From NCBI GenBank assembly GCA_965216715.1, contig OZ244193.1:1119977-1183976 (forward strand): DNA of 64,000 bases, written 5' to 3'. Source of the DNA: an uncultured Pseudohongiella sp. GTDB lineage: Bacteria > Pseudomonadota > Gammaproteobacteria > Pseudomonadales > Pseudohongiellaceae. The notes below the pieces were generated by a model that made no database searches, was not told the DNA's origin, and saw only the letters and a list, made by a program, of their open reading frames with translations. Shown here one piece after another: positions 1 to 9,256 of this stretch; the first letter of the stretch is position 1; each line of letters begins with the position of its first letter. The translations under genes were made by a program, and so were the position numbers.

Positions 1-593
1 ATGAAAGAATCTTTGCCTTCAATGATTTTTTCGACCGTATTCTGGTGCGACCCGTTGCGACCACCTATACCACCTTTGTGCCGCGTTTCGCCCGTCAGGG
101 AATAGGCAATTTTTTCAGCAACCTGAATGACATCAATGTATTCGTCAACGATCTGCTGCAATTAAAGTTTGACGCGGCACTTTCCGATTCCGGACGATTT
201 GCCATCAACACCACCCTGGGGATTGTCGGTTTTATTGATGTGGCCTCGGATCTGGGCCTGCAAAAGAATGAGGAAGACTTTGGTCAGACGCTTGGCTACT
301 GGGGTGTCGAAAGCGGACCCTATGTGGTTTTGCCTGTGTTTGGTTCCAGCAATGTCAGGGATTCATTCGGTCTGGTGCTGGATACCCTGTTCAATCCCAT
401 TCAGTATCATGATGAGGCCGAGGTTCGTCTGAGTCTGTTCGTGTTGCAGGAAACCGATACCCGGGCATCCTTGCTGTCACTGGATGAACTGGTGTCAGGG
501 GATCGCTACCTGTTCTTCCGGGAAGCCTATGTGCAGCGACGTCAGTATCTGGTGAATGATGGCCAGGTTGAAGATGAATTCGGTGGCTTCTAG
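1..593 (+). CDS. mlaA: MlaA/VacJ-family outer-membrane lipoprotein (5' end lies outside the window)
   Basis: Frame 3 is open from base 3 (ERIFAFNDFFDRILVRPVATTY...). GIGNFFSNLND and GPYVVLPVFGSSNVRD match the VacJ/MlaA core as I recall it. ORF track entry 45..593 is the internal-Met version. Confidence 0.8.
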   Translation, partial: ERIFAFNDFFDRILVRPVATTYTTFVPRFARQGIGNFFSNLNDINVFVNDLLQLKFDAALSDSGRFAINTTLGIVGFIDVASDLGLQKNEEDFGQTLGYWGVESGPYVVLPVFGSSNVRDSFGLVLDTLFNPIQYHDEAEVRLSLFVLQETDTRASLLSLDELVSGDRYLFFREAYVQRRQYLVNDGQVEDEFGGF

Positions 594-1054
594 GACGACT
601 CGCCACTGTCCCTGACTTTCAGCTTGGTGCGAATGAAATCGCTGTGGGAGACATAGATCAGCTCTGCCACTCTGCGAATCAGATGCTCTTCGTATTTGTC
701 CAGTTGCTCGTCGGAAAAGGCGATTCGCCACATATTTTCAATCAGCTCGCATTTCTTTTCATAGTCGAAATGGTCATTGATCAGACGGGTAAACTCGTAC
801 AGTGAAGTGGCCTGATGGGCCTGCTGCTCGGCCAGGCGGGCCATCTCATGGAGATCATCGTCGGAAATCTGCAGGCTCTCATGAAGCACATCCAGCAAAG
901 CCTCTGATTCCCGCTGGTCAAGCTGGTGGTCGGAATTAATCACCTCGATCAACAGAGCAGCACAGGCCAGATTGGTTTGCTGTTCGACGCTTTCCTCATT
1001 GTCGTCAGCATCCGCCAGACGGGAATCAAAAAAGGACTTGATGGAATTGAACAT
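590..1054 (-). CDS. TerB-like (tellurite-resistance TerB family, COG4103-type) small cytoplasmic protein
   Basis: ORF 590..1174, trimmed to the ATG at 1054 (MFNSIKSFFDSRL...). The acidic helical repeat pattern (DQRESEALLDVL..., EKKCELIENMWRIAFSDEQLDKYEEHLIRRVAELI) is typical of TerB-domain proteins. The family call is from memory only. Confidence 0.55.
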   Translation of the reverse strand: MFNSIKSFFDSRLADADDNEESVEQQTNLACAALLIEVINSDHQLDQRESEALLDVLHESLQISDDDLHEMARLAEQQAHQATSLYEFTRLINDHFDYEKKCELIENMWRIAFSDEQLDKYEEHLIRRVAELIYVSHSDFIRTKLKVRDSGESS

Positions 1055-1140
1055 GGCTGAGCTGTCTCCTTTACTGGCCGGTGAGGCACCGACAATGCTG
1101 TTTGTTTCCTTGCAAGGCCGGCGACAGCCGGCTTGCCTGT

Positions 1141-2124
1141 TCACGACGCGCGCTCGGACTCCTTGGTAACACAAGCCAGGGCATCTGTCAGCACATCCAG
1201 ACCGGCTCCGGCGCGAGTGCTGTTTTCACTGAGGTGGCGCCGGAACTGTTTGCCGCCGGACTGGCCCTTGAACAGACCGAGCAAATGCCGGGTCATATGA
1301 TTCAACGGTGTGCCGCGGGCCAGCTCGTCTTCCACATAGGGCAGGTAGGCACGCAGATAATCGGCTCTGCTGCATTGCCTGGGCGCCGCACCATAGAAGC
1401 GCTGGTCCACTTCATGCAAGATGAAGGGATTCTGGTAAGCCTCCCGGCCCAGCATCACACCATCCACATGGTCCAGCATGTCGGCAGCCATACCCAGGCT
1501 GTTGATGCCGCCATTGATAACGATCTCCAGCTGGGGAAACAATTCCTTGATGCGGTACACGCGGGGGTAGTTGAGGGGAGGGATCTCCCGGTTCTCTTTG
1601 GGACTCAGCCCCTGCAGAATGGCCTTGCGGGCGTGGATAATAAAAACTGAACAACCGGCGGCACTGACGGTTTCAACAAAATTGATCAGATCCGCCTCAC
1701 TGTCCTGGTCATCGATGCCGATTCGACATTTCACCGTTACCGGCAAATCCACCGCCTCCATCATGGCCCGGACACAGTCCGCCACCAGTTGCGGAGTTGC
1801 CATCAGGCAGGCACCAAAGGCCCCGGACTGCACGCGGTCGCTGGGGCAGCCCACATTGAGATTGATCTCTTCATAGCCCGCCTGTTCCCCCAGTCTGGCC
1901 GCTGCCGCCAGCTCCCGGGGGTCACTGCCTCCCAGTTGCAGGGCTACCGGATGTTCGGCCTGGTTGTAATGCAGCAGATAGTCACTGTCACCGTGCATCA
2001 GGGCTGCACTGGTCACCATCTCTGTGTAGAGCAAGGCATGTTTGCTGATCTGGCGCAGGAACATGCGATCGTGACGATCGGTCCAGTCCATCATGGGAGC
2101 GACGCAAAATTTGTGGTCCGGCAT
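1141..2124 (-). CDS. dusA: tRNA-dihydrouridine(20/20a) synthase DusA
   Basis: 327 aa. N-terminus is CVAPMMDWTDRHDRMFLR, with NLNVGCPS and a TIM-barrel Dus pattern. Confidence 0.9.
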   Translation of the reverse strand: MPDHKFCVAPMMDWTDRHDRMFLRQISKHALLYTEMVTSAALMHGDSDYLLHYNQAEHPVALQLGGSDPRELAAAARLGEQAGYEEINLNVGCPSDRVQSGAFGACLMATPQLVADCVRAMMEAVDLPVTVKCRIGIDDQDSEADLINFVETVSAAGCSVFIIHARKAILQGLSPKENREIPPLNYPRVYRIKELFPQLEIVINGGINSLGMAADMLDHVDGVMLGREAYQNPFILHEVDQRFYGAAPRQCSRADYLRAYLPYVEDELARGTPLNHMTRHLLGLFKGQSGGKQFRRHLSENSTRAGAGLDVLTDALACVTKESERAS

Positions 2125-2296
2125 AGGGCAGGTTTTCGCTATTCAGGCAGCCTGGTGGTCTGGTCTTGACGGCTGCTGGCCAAAGGCTGGCAGTTTTTAT
2201 CCAATGGGCCGGAGCAAGTCAAGTGACCCGGTGGATGCCATGGGATTCCATGGCGATTCGAGTATAATTGCCGCCCCGGCAACAAGGCAGGAAAAC

Positions 2297-3781
2297 ATGA
2301 GCCAGATTCGAACCCGAGTAGCACCTTCTCCCACCGGCGACCCCCATGTGGGCACCGCCTATATCGCCCTGTTCAATCGCTGTTTTGCCCATCAGCAGGA
2401 CGGCAGTTTCATACTCCGAATTGAGGATACCGATCAGGCACGCAGTTCCAAAAAATCAGAGGATTTTATTCTGCAGTCCCTGCGCTGGCTGGGGCTGGAC
2501 TGGGATGAAGGCCCGGACAAAGGCGGAGACTTCGGTCCCTACCGCCAGAGTGAGCGCAGTGAAATCTACACTCGCCATATCAATGAACTGCTGGATGCCG
2601 GCCATGCCTTTCACTGTTTCTGCTCTGCCGAGCGACTCGATGAAGTGCGCAAGACACAGATGCAGAACAAGCAGCAGCTGGGCTATGACGGTCATTGCCT
2701 GTCCCTGAGCAAGGAAGAGGTGCAGCAGCGGCTGGCGGCCGGTGAAGAACATGTCATCCGCATGAAGATTCCCGAGCAGGGGGAATGCGAATTTCATGAT
2801 CTGCTGCGGGGCAATGTCAGCATCGCCTGGTCACAGATTGATATGCAGGTGCTGATGAAATCCGATGGCCTGCCCACCTACCATTTCGCCAATGTGGTGG
2901 ACGATCACCTGATGCAGATCAGTCATGTGATTCGCGGCGAAGAGTGGATCAACTCGGTGCCCAAGCATGTGCTGCTCTATCAGTATTTTGGCTGGCAGCC
3001 TCCTGTGTTCTGTCATATGCCCTTGCTGCGTAATCCCGACAAAAGCAAACTCAGCAAGCGCAAGAATCCAACCAGCATCAATTATTACCGGGACATGGGC
3101 TATCTGCCCGAGGCGCTGCTCAATTATCTCGGCATGATGGGCTGGACCATGCCGGGCGGTGAGGAAAAATTCAGCCTGAGCGAGATGACTGCACAATTCG
3201 ATATCGAGCGGGTGTCCCTGGGCGGCCCCATTTTTGATATCGAAAAACTGGATTGGCTGAATGGCAAATACATCCGTGAGGACCTGGATGACAATGCTTT
3301 CATCAAGGCCTATGCCGACTGGGCCTTTGCGCCGGAGCGAGTGGCACGCATCGTTCCCCTGATCAAACAGCGGGTAGAACGCTTCAGCGATGTGGCCGAC
3401 CTGGCCCATCTGTTCGTCGCCGGTGTGATCCCCCTGACGGCCGACAGTTTTCAGCACAAGAAACTGGACCAGGCCAGCTGTCTGCAAATTCTGCAATTCA
3501 GCCTCTGGCGACTGGAAGCGCTGGAAAACTTTGACCGGGACAGCGTGGAAGCCTGCCTGCAGCAACTGGCTCAATCTCTGGAGCTGAAGATCCGCGACTT
3601 TCTGTTTCCGCTGTTCGTGGCCATCTCCGGCAAAGCGGTTTCCACGTCAGTGATCGAATCCATCAGTATTATTGGCCTGGATATCGCCAGGGCGCGGATT
3701 CGTCATGCCATCGACAGTCTCGGTGGAATTTCCAAGAAACAGGCCAAGCGACTGGAAAAAGAGTTTCAGGCGCTGGCCTGA
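2297..3781 (+). CDS. gltX: Glutamate--tRNA ligase
   Basis: ORF 2093..3781, trimmed to the ATG at 2297 (MSQIRTRVAPSPTGDPHVGTAY). Has the HIGH-type motif HVGT and the KMSKS-type motif KLSKR. Confidence 0.95.
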   Translation: MSQIRTRVAPSPTGDPHVGTAYIALFNRCFAHQQDGSFILRIEDTDQARSSKKSEDFILQSLRWLGLDWDEGPDKGGDFGPYRQSERSEIYTRHINELLDAGHAFHCFCSAERLDEVRKTQMQNKQQLGYDGHCLSLSKEEVQQRLAAGEEHVIRMKIPEQGECEFHDLLRGNVSIAWSQIDMQVLMKSDGLPTYHFANVVDDHLMQISHVIRGEEWINSVPKHVLLYQYFGWQPPVFCHMPLLRNPDKSKLSKRKNPTSINYYRDMGYLPEALLNYLGMMGWTMPGGEEKFSLSEMTAQFDIERVSLGGPIFDIEKLDWLNGKYIREDLDDNAFIKAYADWAFAPERVARIVPLIKQRVERFSDVADLAHLFVAGVIPLTADSFQHKKLDQASCLQILQFSLWRLEALENFDRDSVEACLQQLAQSLELKIRDFLFPLFVAISGKAVSTSVIESISIIGLDIARARIRHAIDSLGGISKKQAKRLEKEFQALA

Positions 3782-3811
3782 TTGGCGCTGACAATTAGCC
3801 TTGCAGCAAGA

Positions 3812-3840
3812 TTGACAGCCCAGGTGGCTGTGTCTAGAAT
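3812..3840 (+). promoter_or_regulatory. Candidate sigma70 promoter for tRNA-Ala
   Basis: TTGACA (3812-3817), a 17-nt spacer, then TAGAAT (3835-3840), followed by the GC-rich discriminator GCGCC. The tRNA starts about 50 nt downstream. Confidence 0.5.
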
Positions 3841-3891
3841 GCGCCTTCCTTTGTGCAGCAGCACAGATGGAGCGTGCAGCAGCACGATGAT

Positions 3892-3967
3892 GGGGCCTTA
3901 GCTCAGCTGGGAGAGCGCAACGCTGGCAGCGTTGAGGTCACCGGTTCGATCCCGGTAGGCTCCACCA
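3892..3967 (+). tRNA. tRNA-Ala (anticodon GGC)
   Basis: 76 nt with encoded CCA. The acceptor GGGGCCT/AGGCTCC contains the G3:U70 alanine identity pair. Anticodon loop is CUGGCAG and the T-loop is GGTTCGATCC. Confidence 0.95.
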
Positions 3968-4019
3968 AATTCCTGCCCCGGGCAGTCAGCCCGAAATAAT
4001 GGCAGACCCAAAACAAAAC

Positions 4020-4047
4020 GACCCGCTCTGAGCGGGTCGTTTTTTTT
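4020..4047. terminator. Bidirectional intrinsic terminator shared by tRNA-Ala (+) and gltA (-)
   Basis: Hairpin CGACCCGCTCTGAGCGGGTCG is flanked by AAAACAAAA upstream and an 8-T run downstream. Confidence 0.7.
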
Positions 4048-4104
4048 GTGCCTGGTTTTTCTGCCTTCGGAAAATATAAAACTTCCTGTGGCCGGGACTT
4101 GTGC

Positions 4105-5382
4105 CTATTTCTTGTAGTCCCGGCTGGTGGCGCCTTTGTACAACTGGCGAGGACGGCCGATGCGGTAGGGATTGCTCAGCATTTCGTGCCAGTGAGCGAT
4201 CCAGCCCGGGGTGCGGCCGGTGGCAAAAATCACTGTGAACAGGCTGGTGGGAATACCCATGGCCTTGAGGATAATGCCGGAGTAGAAGTCTACATTGGGG
4301 AACAGTTTGCGCTCATTGAAGTATTCATCTTCCAGGGCAATCTTTTCCAGTTTCTTGGCAATGCGGAACAGCGGATCATTCAGGCTGCCCAGCTCTTCCA
4401 GCACCTCATCACAGATGCCGCGGATCACTGTGGCGCGCGGATCGTAGTTCTTGTAGACGCGGTGGCCGAAGCCCATCAGACGGAAGGGGTCGTCCTTGTC
4501 CTTGGCGCGGGCGATAAACTCCTCGATGCGGGACTCATCGCCGATTTCATTCAGCATTTGCAGCACGGCCTCATTGGCGCCGCCGTGAGCGGGGCCCCAG
4601 AGCGCAGCAATACCCGAGGAGATACAGGCATAGGGGTTGGCTCCGGTGGAACCAGCCAGGCGTACGGTGGAGGTGGAGGCATTCTGCTCATGGTCGGCAT
4701 GGAGCAGGAACAGGGTGTCCATGGCCTTGGCCAGGGTCGGGCTTACCTTGGGTGGCTCACAGGGCGTGCCAAACACCATGTGCAGGAAGTTCTCAGCCAG
4801 GCTCATGTCGTTCTGTGGGTACATGAAGGGCTGGCCGATGCCGTGCTTGTAGCACATGGCAGCCAGTGTAGGCATTTTCGCAATGACACGGTGGGCCGCC
4901 AGCATGCGGTGTTCGGGGTTATCGATGTCAGTGGAGTCGTGATAGAAGGCGGAGAGGGCGGCTACGGCGCTGCAGAGCATGGCCATGGGGTGGGCATCGC
5001 GGGGAAAGCCGCGGAAAAACTGGTGAATGCCCTCATCGACCATGGTGTGGTAGCGAATGGAGTTTTCAAACTCCTGGTATTCCTGGTCTCCGGGAAGCTC
5101 GCCATTGAGCAGCAGATAACAGGTTTCCAGAAAATTGGAGTGCTCGGCCAACTGTTCGATGGGATAGCCACGGTGTAACAGCACGCCCTTGGCGCCATCA
5201 ATAAAGGTGATATTGGAATCACAGGCGGCGGTGGATACAAATCCCGGGTCGTAGGTGAAAATTCCCTTGCCTACCAGGCTGCGTACATCCACCACATCCG
5301 GTCCAGTACTGCCTTCATAGACGGGTAACTCAATGGTCTCATCTATCCCGTCAATGCTTAACTGGGCCTTTTTCTCGCTCAT
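4105..5382 (-). CDS. gltA: Citrate synthase (type II)
   Basis: ORF 4105..5397, trimmed to the ATG at 5382 ([12 protein letters not shown]), which has an AGGAG 6 nt upstream. [14 protein letters not shown] is the citrate synthase signature. Confidence 0.95.
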   Translation of the reverse strand: MSEKKAQLSIDGIDETIELPVYEGSTGPDVVDVRSLVGKGIFTYDPGFVSTAACDSNITFIDGAKGVLLHRGYPIEQLAEHSNFLETCYLLLNGELPGDQEYQEFENSIRYHTMVDEGIHQFFRGFPRDAHPMAMLCSAVAALSAFYHDSTDIDNPEHRMLAAHRVIAKMPTLAAMCYKHGIGQPFMYPQNDMSLAENFLHMVFGTPCEPPKVSPTLAKAMDTLFLLHADHEQNASTSTVRLAGSTGANPYACISSGIAALWGPAHGGANEAVLQMLNEIGDESRIEEFIARAKDKDDPFRLMGFGHRVYKNYDPRATVIRGICDEVLEELGSLNDPLFRIAKKLEKIALEDEYFNERKLFPNVDFYSGIILKAMGIPTSLFTVIFATGRTPGWIAHWHEMLSNPYRIGRPRQLYKGATSRDYKK

Positions 5383-5721
5383 GCCAGACTCCTGCAAAAT
5401 CTTTCTAAAGGAACAAAACTAATGATTGGAAATCAACTGCTTAAGCATTGTCGGCGGTAGTCATTAAAGCCTGGCCAGCGCTCTTACAGGGTGGGCAAGC
5501 ATAGGTAGAAGGCCCCACTTTTGTCAAATCTTTGTCGACTCCGGCCGACCCTGATGACATGGCTGTGACAGGGTTTAAACAAAAGCCCTGGCAGGGTCGT
5601 AATAACTCCGCTTGCTCTGTTGTTTGCAGCGTGTTCGCAGACCTGGTTCAGGCAATCCGGAAGGGCTTCGGTGACCGTAGTGAGCTATGATTTCACCAGA
5701 TTTGCAGCGCGCCACCGAGCG

Positions 5722-5739
5722 ATGACAAAATATTGTCAT
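5722..5739. promoter_or_regulatory. Palindrome ATGACAA-AATA-TTGTCAT in the gltA/sdhC divergent control region (candidate operator)
   Basis: Perfect 7-bp inverted arms are seen directly in the sequence. No regulator can be assigned. Confidence 0.3.
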
Positions 5740-5920
5740 TAATCAGGCGCAGAACCCCGGATTTATTGTATTTACGGGCCTCGGGCCGTATACTTCGCGG
5801 CGTTTGACGAATCAATTTGTGTAATCATTTCAAATAGTTTGCGCATTTTTCGTGCAAACCAGGGTGAGTTGAAGCGAATTGACTTACCCCTCATTCATCA
5901 GCTACCGGATCAAGCTAAAA

Positions 5921-6295
5921 GTGAAAGATAATAGACCTGTCAATCTGGACCTGATTGCGTTCAAGTGGCCACTTCCGGCCCTGACCTCAATAACCCACCG
6001 AATCAGCGGTGTATTGCTGTTTATCGGCACCGCCGTGCTGCTCTATCTGCTGCAACTGTCCCTGGAATCCGAAGCCGGCTTTCGTGAAGCGGCAGAGATA
6101 CTGGCCACACCGCTGGTGAAATTTGTGGTCTGGGCAATTGTCTCGGCCTTGCTGTATCACCTGATCGCCGGTCTCAAGCATCTGGTGATGGACCTTGGTA
6201 TCGGTGAAACCCTCGAGGGTGGCAAGACCGGCGCCATACTGACCATCATTCTGTCAGCTATTGCGATTATCGCAGCGGGGGTGTGGATATGGTAA
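5921..6295 (+). CDS. sdhC: Succinate dehydrogenase cytochrome b556 subunit
   Basis: ORF 5879..6295, with the GTG at 5921 preferred (VKDNRPVNLDL, the usual SdhC N-terminus). Has three TM helices and HRISGV. It sits directly before sdhD. Confidence 0.85.
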   Translation: MKDNRPVNLDLIAFKWPLPALTSITHRISGVLLFIGTAVLLYLLQLSLESEAGFREAAEILATPLVKFVVWAIVSALLYHLIAGLKHLVMDLGIGETLEGGKTGAILTIILSAIAIIAAGVWIW

Positions 6296-6657
6296 CTAAC
6301 GCCACCAGCCTCAGCCGTTCCGGCCTGTCCGACTGGCTGATTCAACGTTTCAGCGCGATTGTGCTGGCAGCCTACACCTTCTGCATCCTGGGCTCCTTTG
6401 TAGTGCACCCGGATATGGACTATGCCCAGTGGACTGCCATTTTCGAATCCAATGCCATGCGACTGTTCAGCCTGATTACCCTGGCATCGCTCTGTGCCCA
6501 TGCCTGGGTAGGCATGTGGACAATCGGCACCGATTATCTTACGGCGTCCCACCTGGGTAAGGCCGCCACAACCATTCGCTTGCTCTATCAGGCTTTTTGC
6601 GTGCTGCTCATTGCCGTCTACCTGATTTGGGGCATCCAGATTTTTTGGGGTAACTAG
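6289..6657 (+). CDS. sdhD: Succinate dehydrogenase hydrophobic membrane anchor subunit
   Basis: ORF 6283..6657. The ATG at 6289 overlaps the sdhC stop (ATGGTAA). Three TM helices and its position between sdhC and sdhA support the call. Confidence 0.85.
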   Translation: MVTNATSLSRSGLSDWLIQRFSAIVLAAYTFCILGSFVVHPDMDYAQWTAIFESNAMRLFSLITLASLCAHAWVGMWTIGTDYLTASHLGKAATTIRLLYQAFCVLLIAVYLIWGIQIFWGN

Positions 6658-8430
6658 ATGTCAGGTCTGAGAAAAATTTCCTTTGATGCGGTCATTGTCG
6701 GTGGCGGCGGTTCCGGTATGCGCGCGGCGCTGCAACTGGCCCAGTCCGGCTATAAAACCGCCTGTATCAGCAAGGTCTTTCCGACCCGTTCCCATACCGT
6801 GTCAGCCCAGGGTGGTATTACCTGTGCCATCGCCAGTGCCGACCCCGAGGATGATTGGCGCTGGCATATGTATGACACCGTCAAGGGCTCCGATTACATC
6901 GGTGACCAGGACGCCATCGAATACATGTGCAGCGAAGGTCCCCAGGCTGTTTTCGAACTTGAGCATATGGGCCTGCCTTTCTCCCGCACCGAAAACGGCC
7001 GCATCTATCAGCGTCCCTTCGGTGGCCAGTCCAAGGACTTCGGCAAGGGTGGTCAGGCCGCCCGTACCTGTGCCGCCGCTGACCGTACCGGTCACGCCAT
7101 GCTGCACACCCTGTACCAGGGCAATCTGCGCAATAACACCGTATTCCTGAACGAATGGTTCGCTGTCGATCTGGTGAAAAACCAGGACAATGCTGTGGTT
7201 GGCGTGGTAGCCATCTGCATGGAAACTGGCGAAACCGTTTACATCGAAAGCAAGGCCACAGTGCTGGCTACCGGTGGTGCCGGACGCATCTATGCCTCAA
7301 CCACCAATGCCCATATCAACACCGGCGACGGCGTCGGCATGGCCATGCGCGCGGGTTTCCCCACCCAGGACATGGAAATGTGGCAATTCCATCCCACCGG
7401 TATCTATGGTGCCGGCACACTGGTAACCGAAGGTTGCCGGGGAGAGGGTGGCTATCTCATCAATGCCGATGGTGAGCGTTTCATGGAGCGCTATGCCCCG
7501 ACGGCCAAGGACCTTGCCGGCCGTGACGTGGTAGCACGTTCCATGGTGCTGGAGATTCTGGAAGGCCGTGGCTGCGGCGAGAATGGCGATCATGTCAAAC
7601 TCAAGCTGGATCACCTCGGCGAAGAAGTACTGAACTCCAAGCTGCCGGGCATTCTCGAATTGTCCCGTACCTTTGCCCATGTGGATCCGGTCAAGGAACC
7701 CATTCCGGTGGTGCCCACCTGTCACTATATGATGGGCGGTATCCCCACCAATATTCACGGCCAGGCCCTGAGCATGAATGCCAGTGGCGAAGATGAAATT
7801 ATTCCAGGCCTGTTTGCTGTCGGTGAGACTGCCTGTGTATCCGTACACGGAGCCAATCGCCTGGGCGGCAACTCCCTGCTGGACCTGATTGTTTTCGGTC
7901 GTGCTGCCGGCAAGTTCCTGGAAGAGCATTTGCGACAGGAGCACACGGAGCGCGCAGCGTCCGATTCCGATCTGGAGCAGGCCGCTTCACGTCTCAACAA
8001 ACTCAATAACACAAATTCCGGAGAGCCGGTGCATCTGCTGCGCAAGGAACTGCAGGACATCATGCAGAATTTCTTTGGCGTATTCCGCAAGGGCGACTAT
8101 ATGCAGGAAGGCATCAGCAAACTGGCCGACCTGCGGGACCGGGTAGCCAATGTCCGCCTTGAAGACAAGAGCCAGACCTTCAATACCTCCCGTATTGAGG
8201 CGCTGGAATTGCAGAATCTGTTCGAAGTGGCGGAGGCAACTGCCATTGTGGCCGAAGCGCGTACCGAAAGCCGCGGTGCCCATGCCCGCGACGATTACCG
8301 CGAACGGGATGACGAAAACTGGCTCTGCCATTCCATGTTTTTCCCGGAGGACAAACGTGTTGCCAAGCGCCAGGTCAATTTTGCACCCAAGACTGTGGAC
8401 AAATTTGAGCCGAAGATTCGAACCTATTGA
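6658..8430 (+). CDS. sdhA: Succinate dehydrogenase flavoprotein subunit
   Basis: 590 aa. Has the [14 protein letters not shown] fold, the covalent-FAD region [10 protein letters not shown], and HPTG. Confidence 0.97.
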   Translation: MSGLRKISFDAVIVGGGGSGMRAALQLAQSGYKTACISKVFPTRSHTVSAQGGITCAIASADPEDDWRWHMYDTVKGSDYIGDQDAIEYMCSEGPQAVFELEHMGLPFSRTENGRIYQRPFGGQSKDFGKGGQAARTCAAADRTGHAMLHTLYQGNLRNNTVFLNEWFAVDLVKNQDNAVVGVVAICMETGETVYIESKATVLATGGAGRIYASTTNAHINTGDGVGMAMRAGFPTQDMEMWQFHPTGIYGAGTLVTEGCRGEGGYLINADGERFMERYAPTAKDLAGRDVVARSMVLEILEGRGCGENGDHVKLKLDHLGEEVLNSKLPGILELSRTFAHVDPVKEPIPVVPTCHYMMGGIPTNIHGQALSMNASGEDEIIPGLFAVGETACVSVHGANRLGGNSLLDLIVFGRAAGKFLEEHLRQEHTERAASDSDLEQAASRLNKLNNTNSGEPVHLLRKELQDIMQNFFGVFRKGDYMQEGISKLADLRDRVANVRLEDKSQTFNTSRIEALELQNLFEVAEATAIVAEARTESRGAHARDDYRERDDENWLCHSMFFPEDKRVAKRQVNFAPKTVDKFEPKIRTY

Positions 8431-8489
8431 TTCAAAGCTATTGCTTCGAAGCGATTAAAGATCAACCTACTTCAAGAGCAGGATAAACC

Positions 8490-9197
8490 GTGTTAGTTAG
8501 CATCTATCGTTACAATCCAGAAACCGACGCCAAACCGTCGATGCAGGATATTGAAGTCGAAATTCCCGAAGGCAAGGACCTGATGGTGCTCGACGTGCTG
8601 GAGCTGGCCAAGCAGAAGGATCCGACGATTTCCTATCGCCGCTCCTGCCGCGAAGGGGTTTGCGGTTCCGATGGCATGAACATCAACGGCAGCAATGGCC
8701 TGGCCTGTATCACGCCGCTGTCGGAAGCGGTCAAGCCGGGCAAGAAGCTGGTGCTGCGACCCTTGCCGGGTCTGCCTGTGGTACGCGATCTGGTCATCGA
8801 CATGACCATGTTCTACAAGCAATTCGAGAAAGTTAAACCCTACCTGGTCAACGACCAGCCGGAGCCGGCCATCGAACGCCTGCAGTCACCGGAGGACCGG
8901 GCCAAACTGGACGGGCTCTACGAGTGCATTCTCTGCGCCTGCTGCAGCACCAGTTGTCCCTCTTTCTGGTGGAATCCGGACAAGTTTATCGGTCCCGCCG
9001 GTCTGCTTCAGGCTTATCGCTTTCTTGCCGATAGCCGTGACACCGCTACTGCAGAACGCCTTGCAGATCTGGATGACCCGTTCAGCGTGTTCCGCTGTCG
9101 CGGCATCATGAATTGCGTGTCAGTTTGCCCCAAGGGCCTCAATCCGACCCGGGCTATCGGTCATATCCGGGGTATGTTGTTGTCCCAGGGCACTTAA
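8490..9197 (+). CDS. sdhB: Succinate dehydrogenase iron-sulfur subunit
   Basis: 235 aa with a GTG start. Three Cys clusters are present: CREGVCGSDG, CILCACCSTSCP and CRGIMNCVSVCP. Confidence 0.95.
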   Translation: MLVSIYRYNPETDAKPSMQDIEVEIPEGKDLMVLDVLELAKQKDPTISYRRSCREGVCGSDGMNINGSNGLACITPLSEAVKPGKKLVLRPLPGLPVVRDLVIDMTMFYKQFEKVKPYLVNDQPEPAIERLQSPEDRAKLDGLYECILCACCSTSCPSFWWNPDKFIGPAGLLQAYRFLADSRDTATAERLADLDDPFSVFRCRGIMNCVSVCPKGLNPTRAIGHIRGMLLSQGT

Positions 9198-9256
9198 TAC
9201 AGAACCAGCCAGACTAAAGTAGTGGTTGCCGCCAATGGCAGCCCGAGGAAGTAAGT

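Noticed and set aside
4048-5178. 376-aa plus-strand ORF lying entirely inside gltA
   Set aside because: It is antisense to an unmistakable citrate synthase. The product is Gly/Ala/Val-rich and low-complexity with no recognisable motif. It is a typical shadow ORF of a GC-rich, codon-biased gene.
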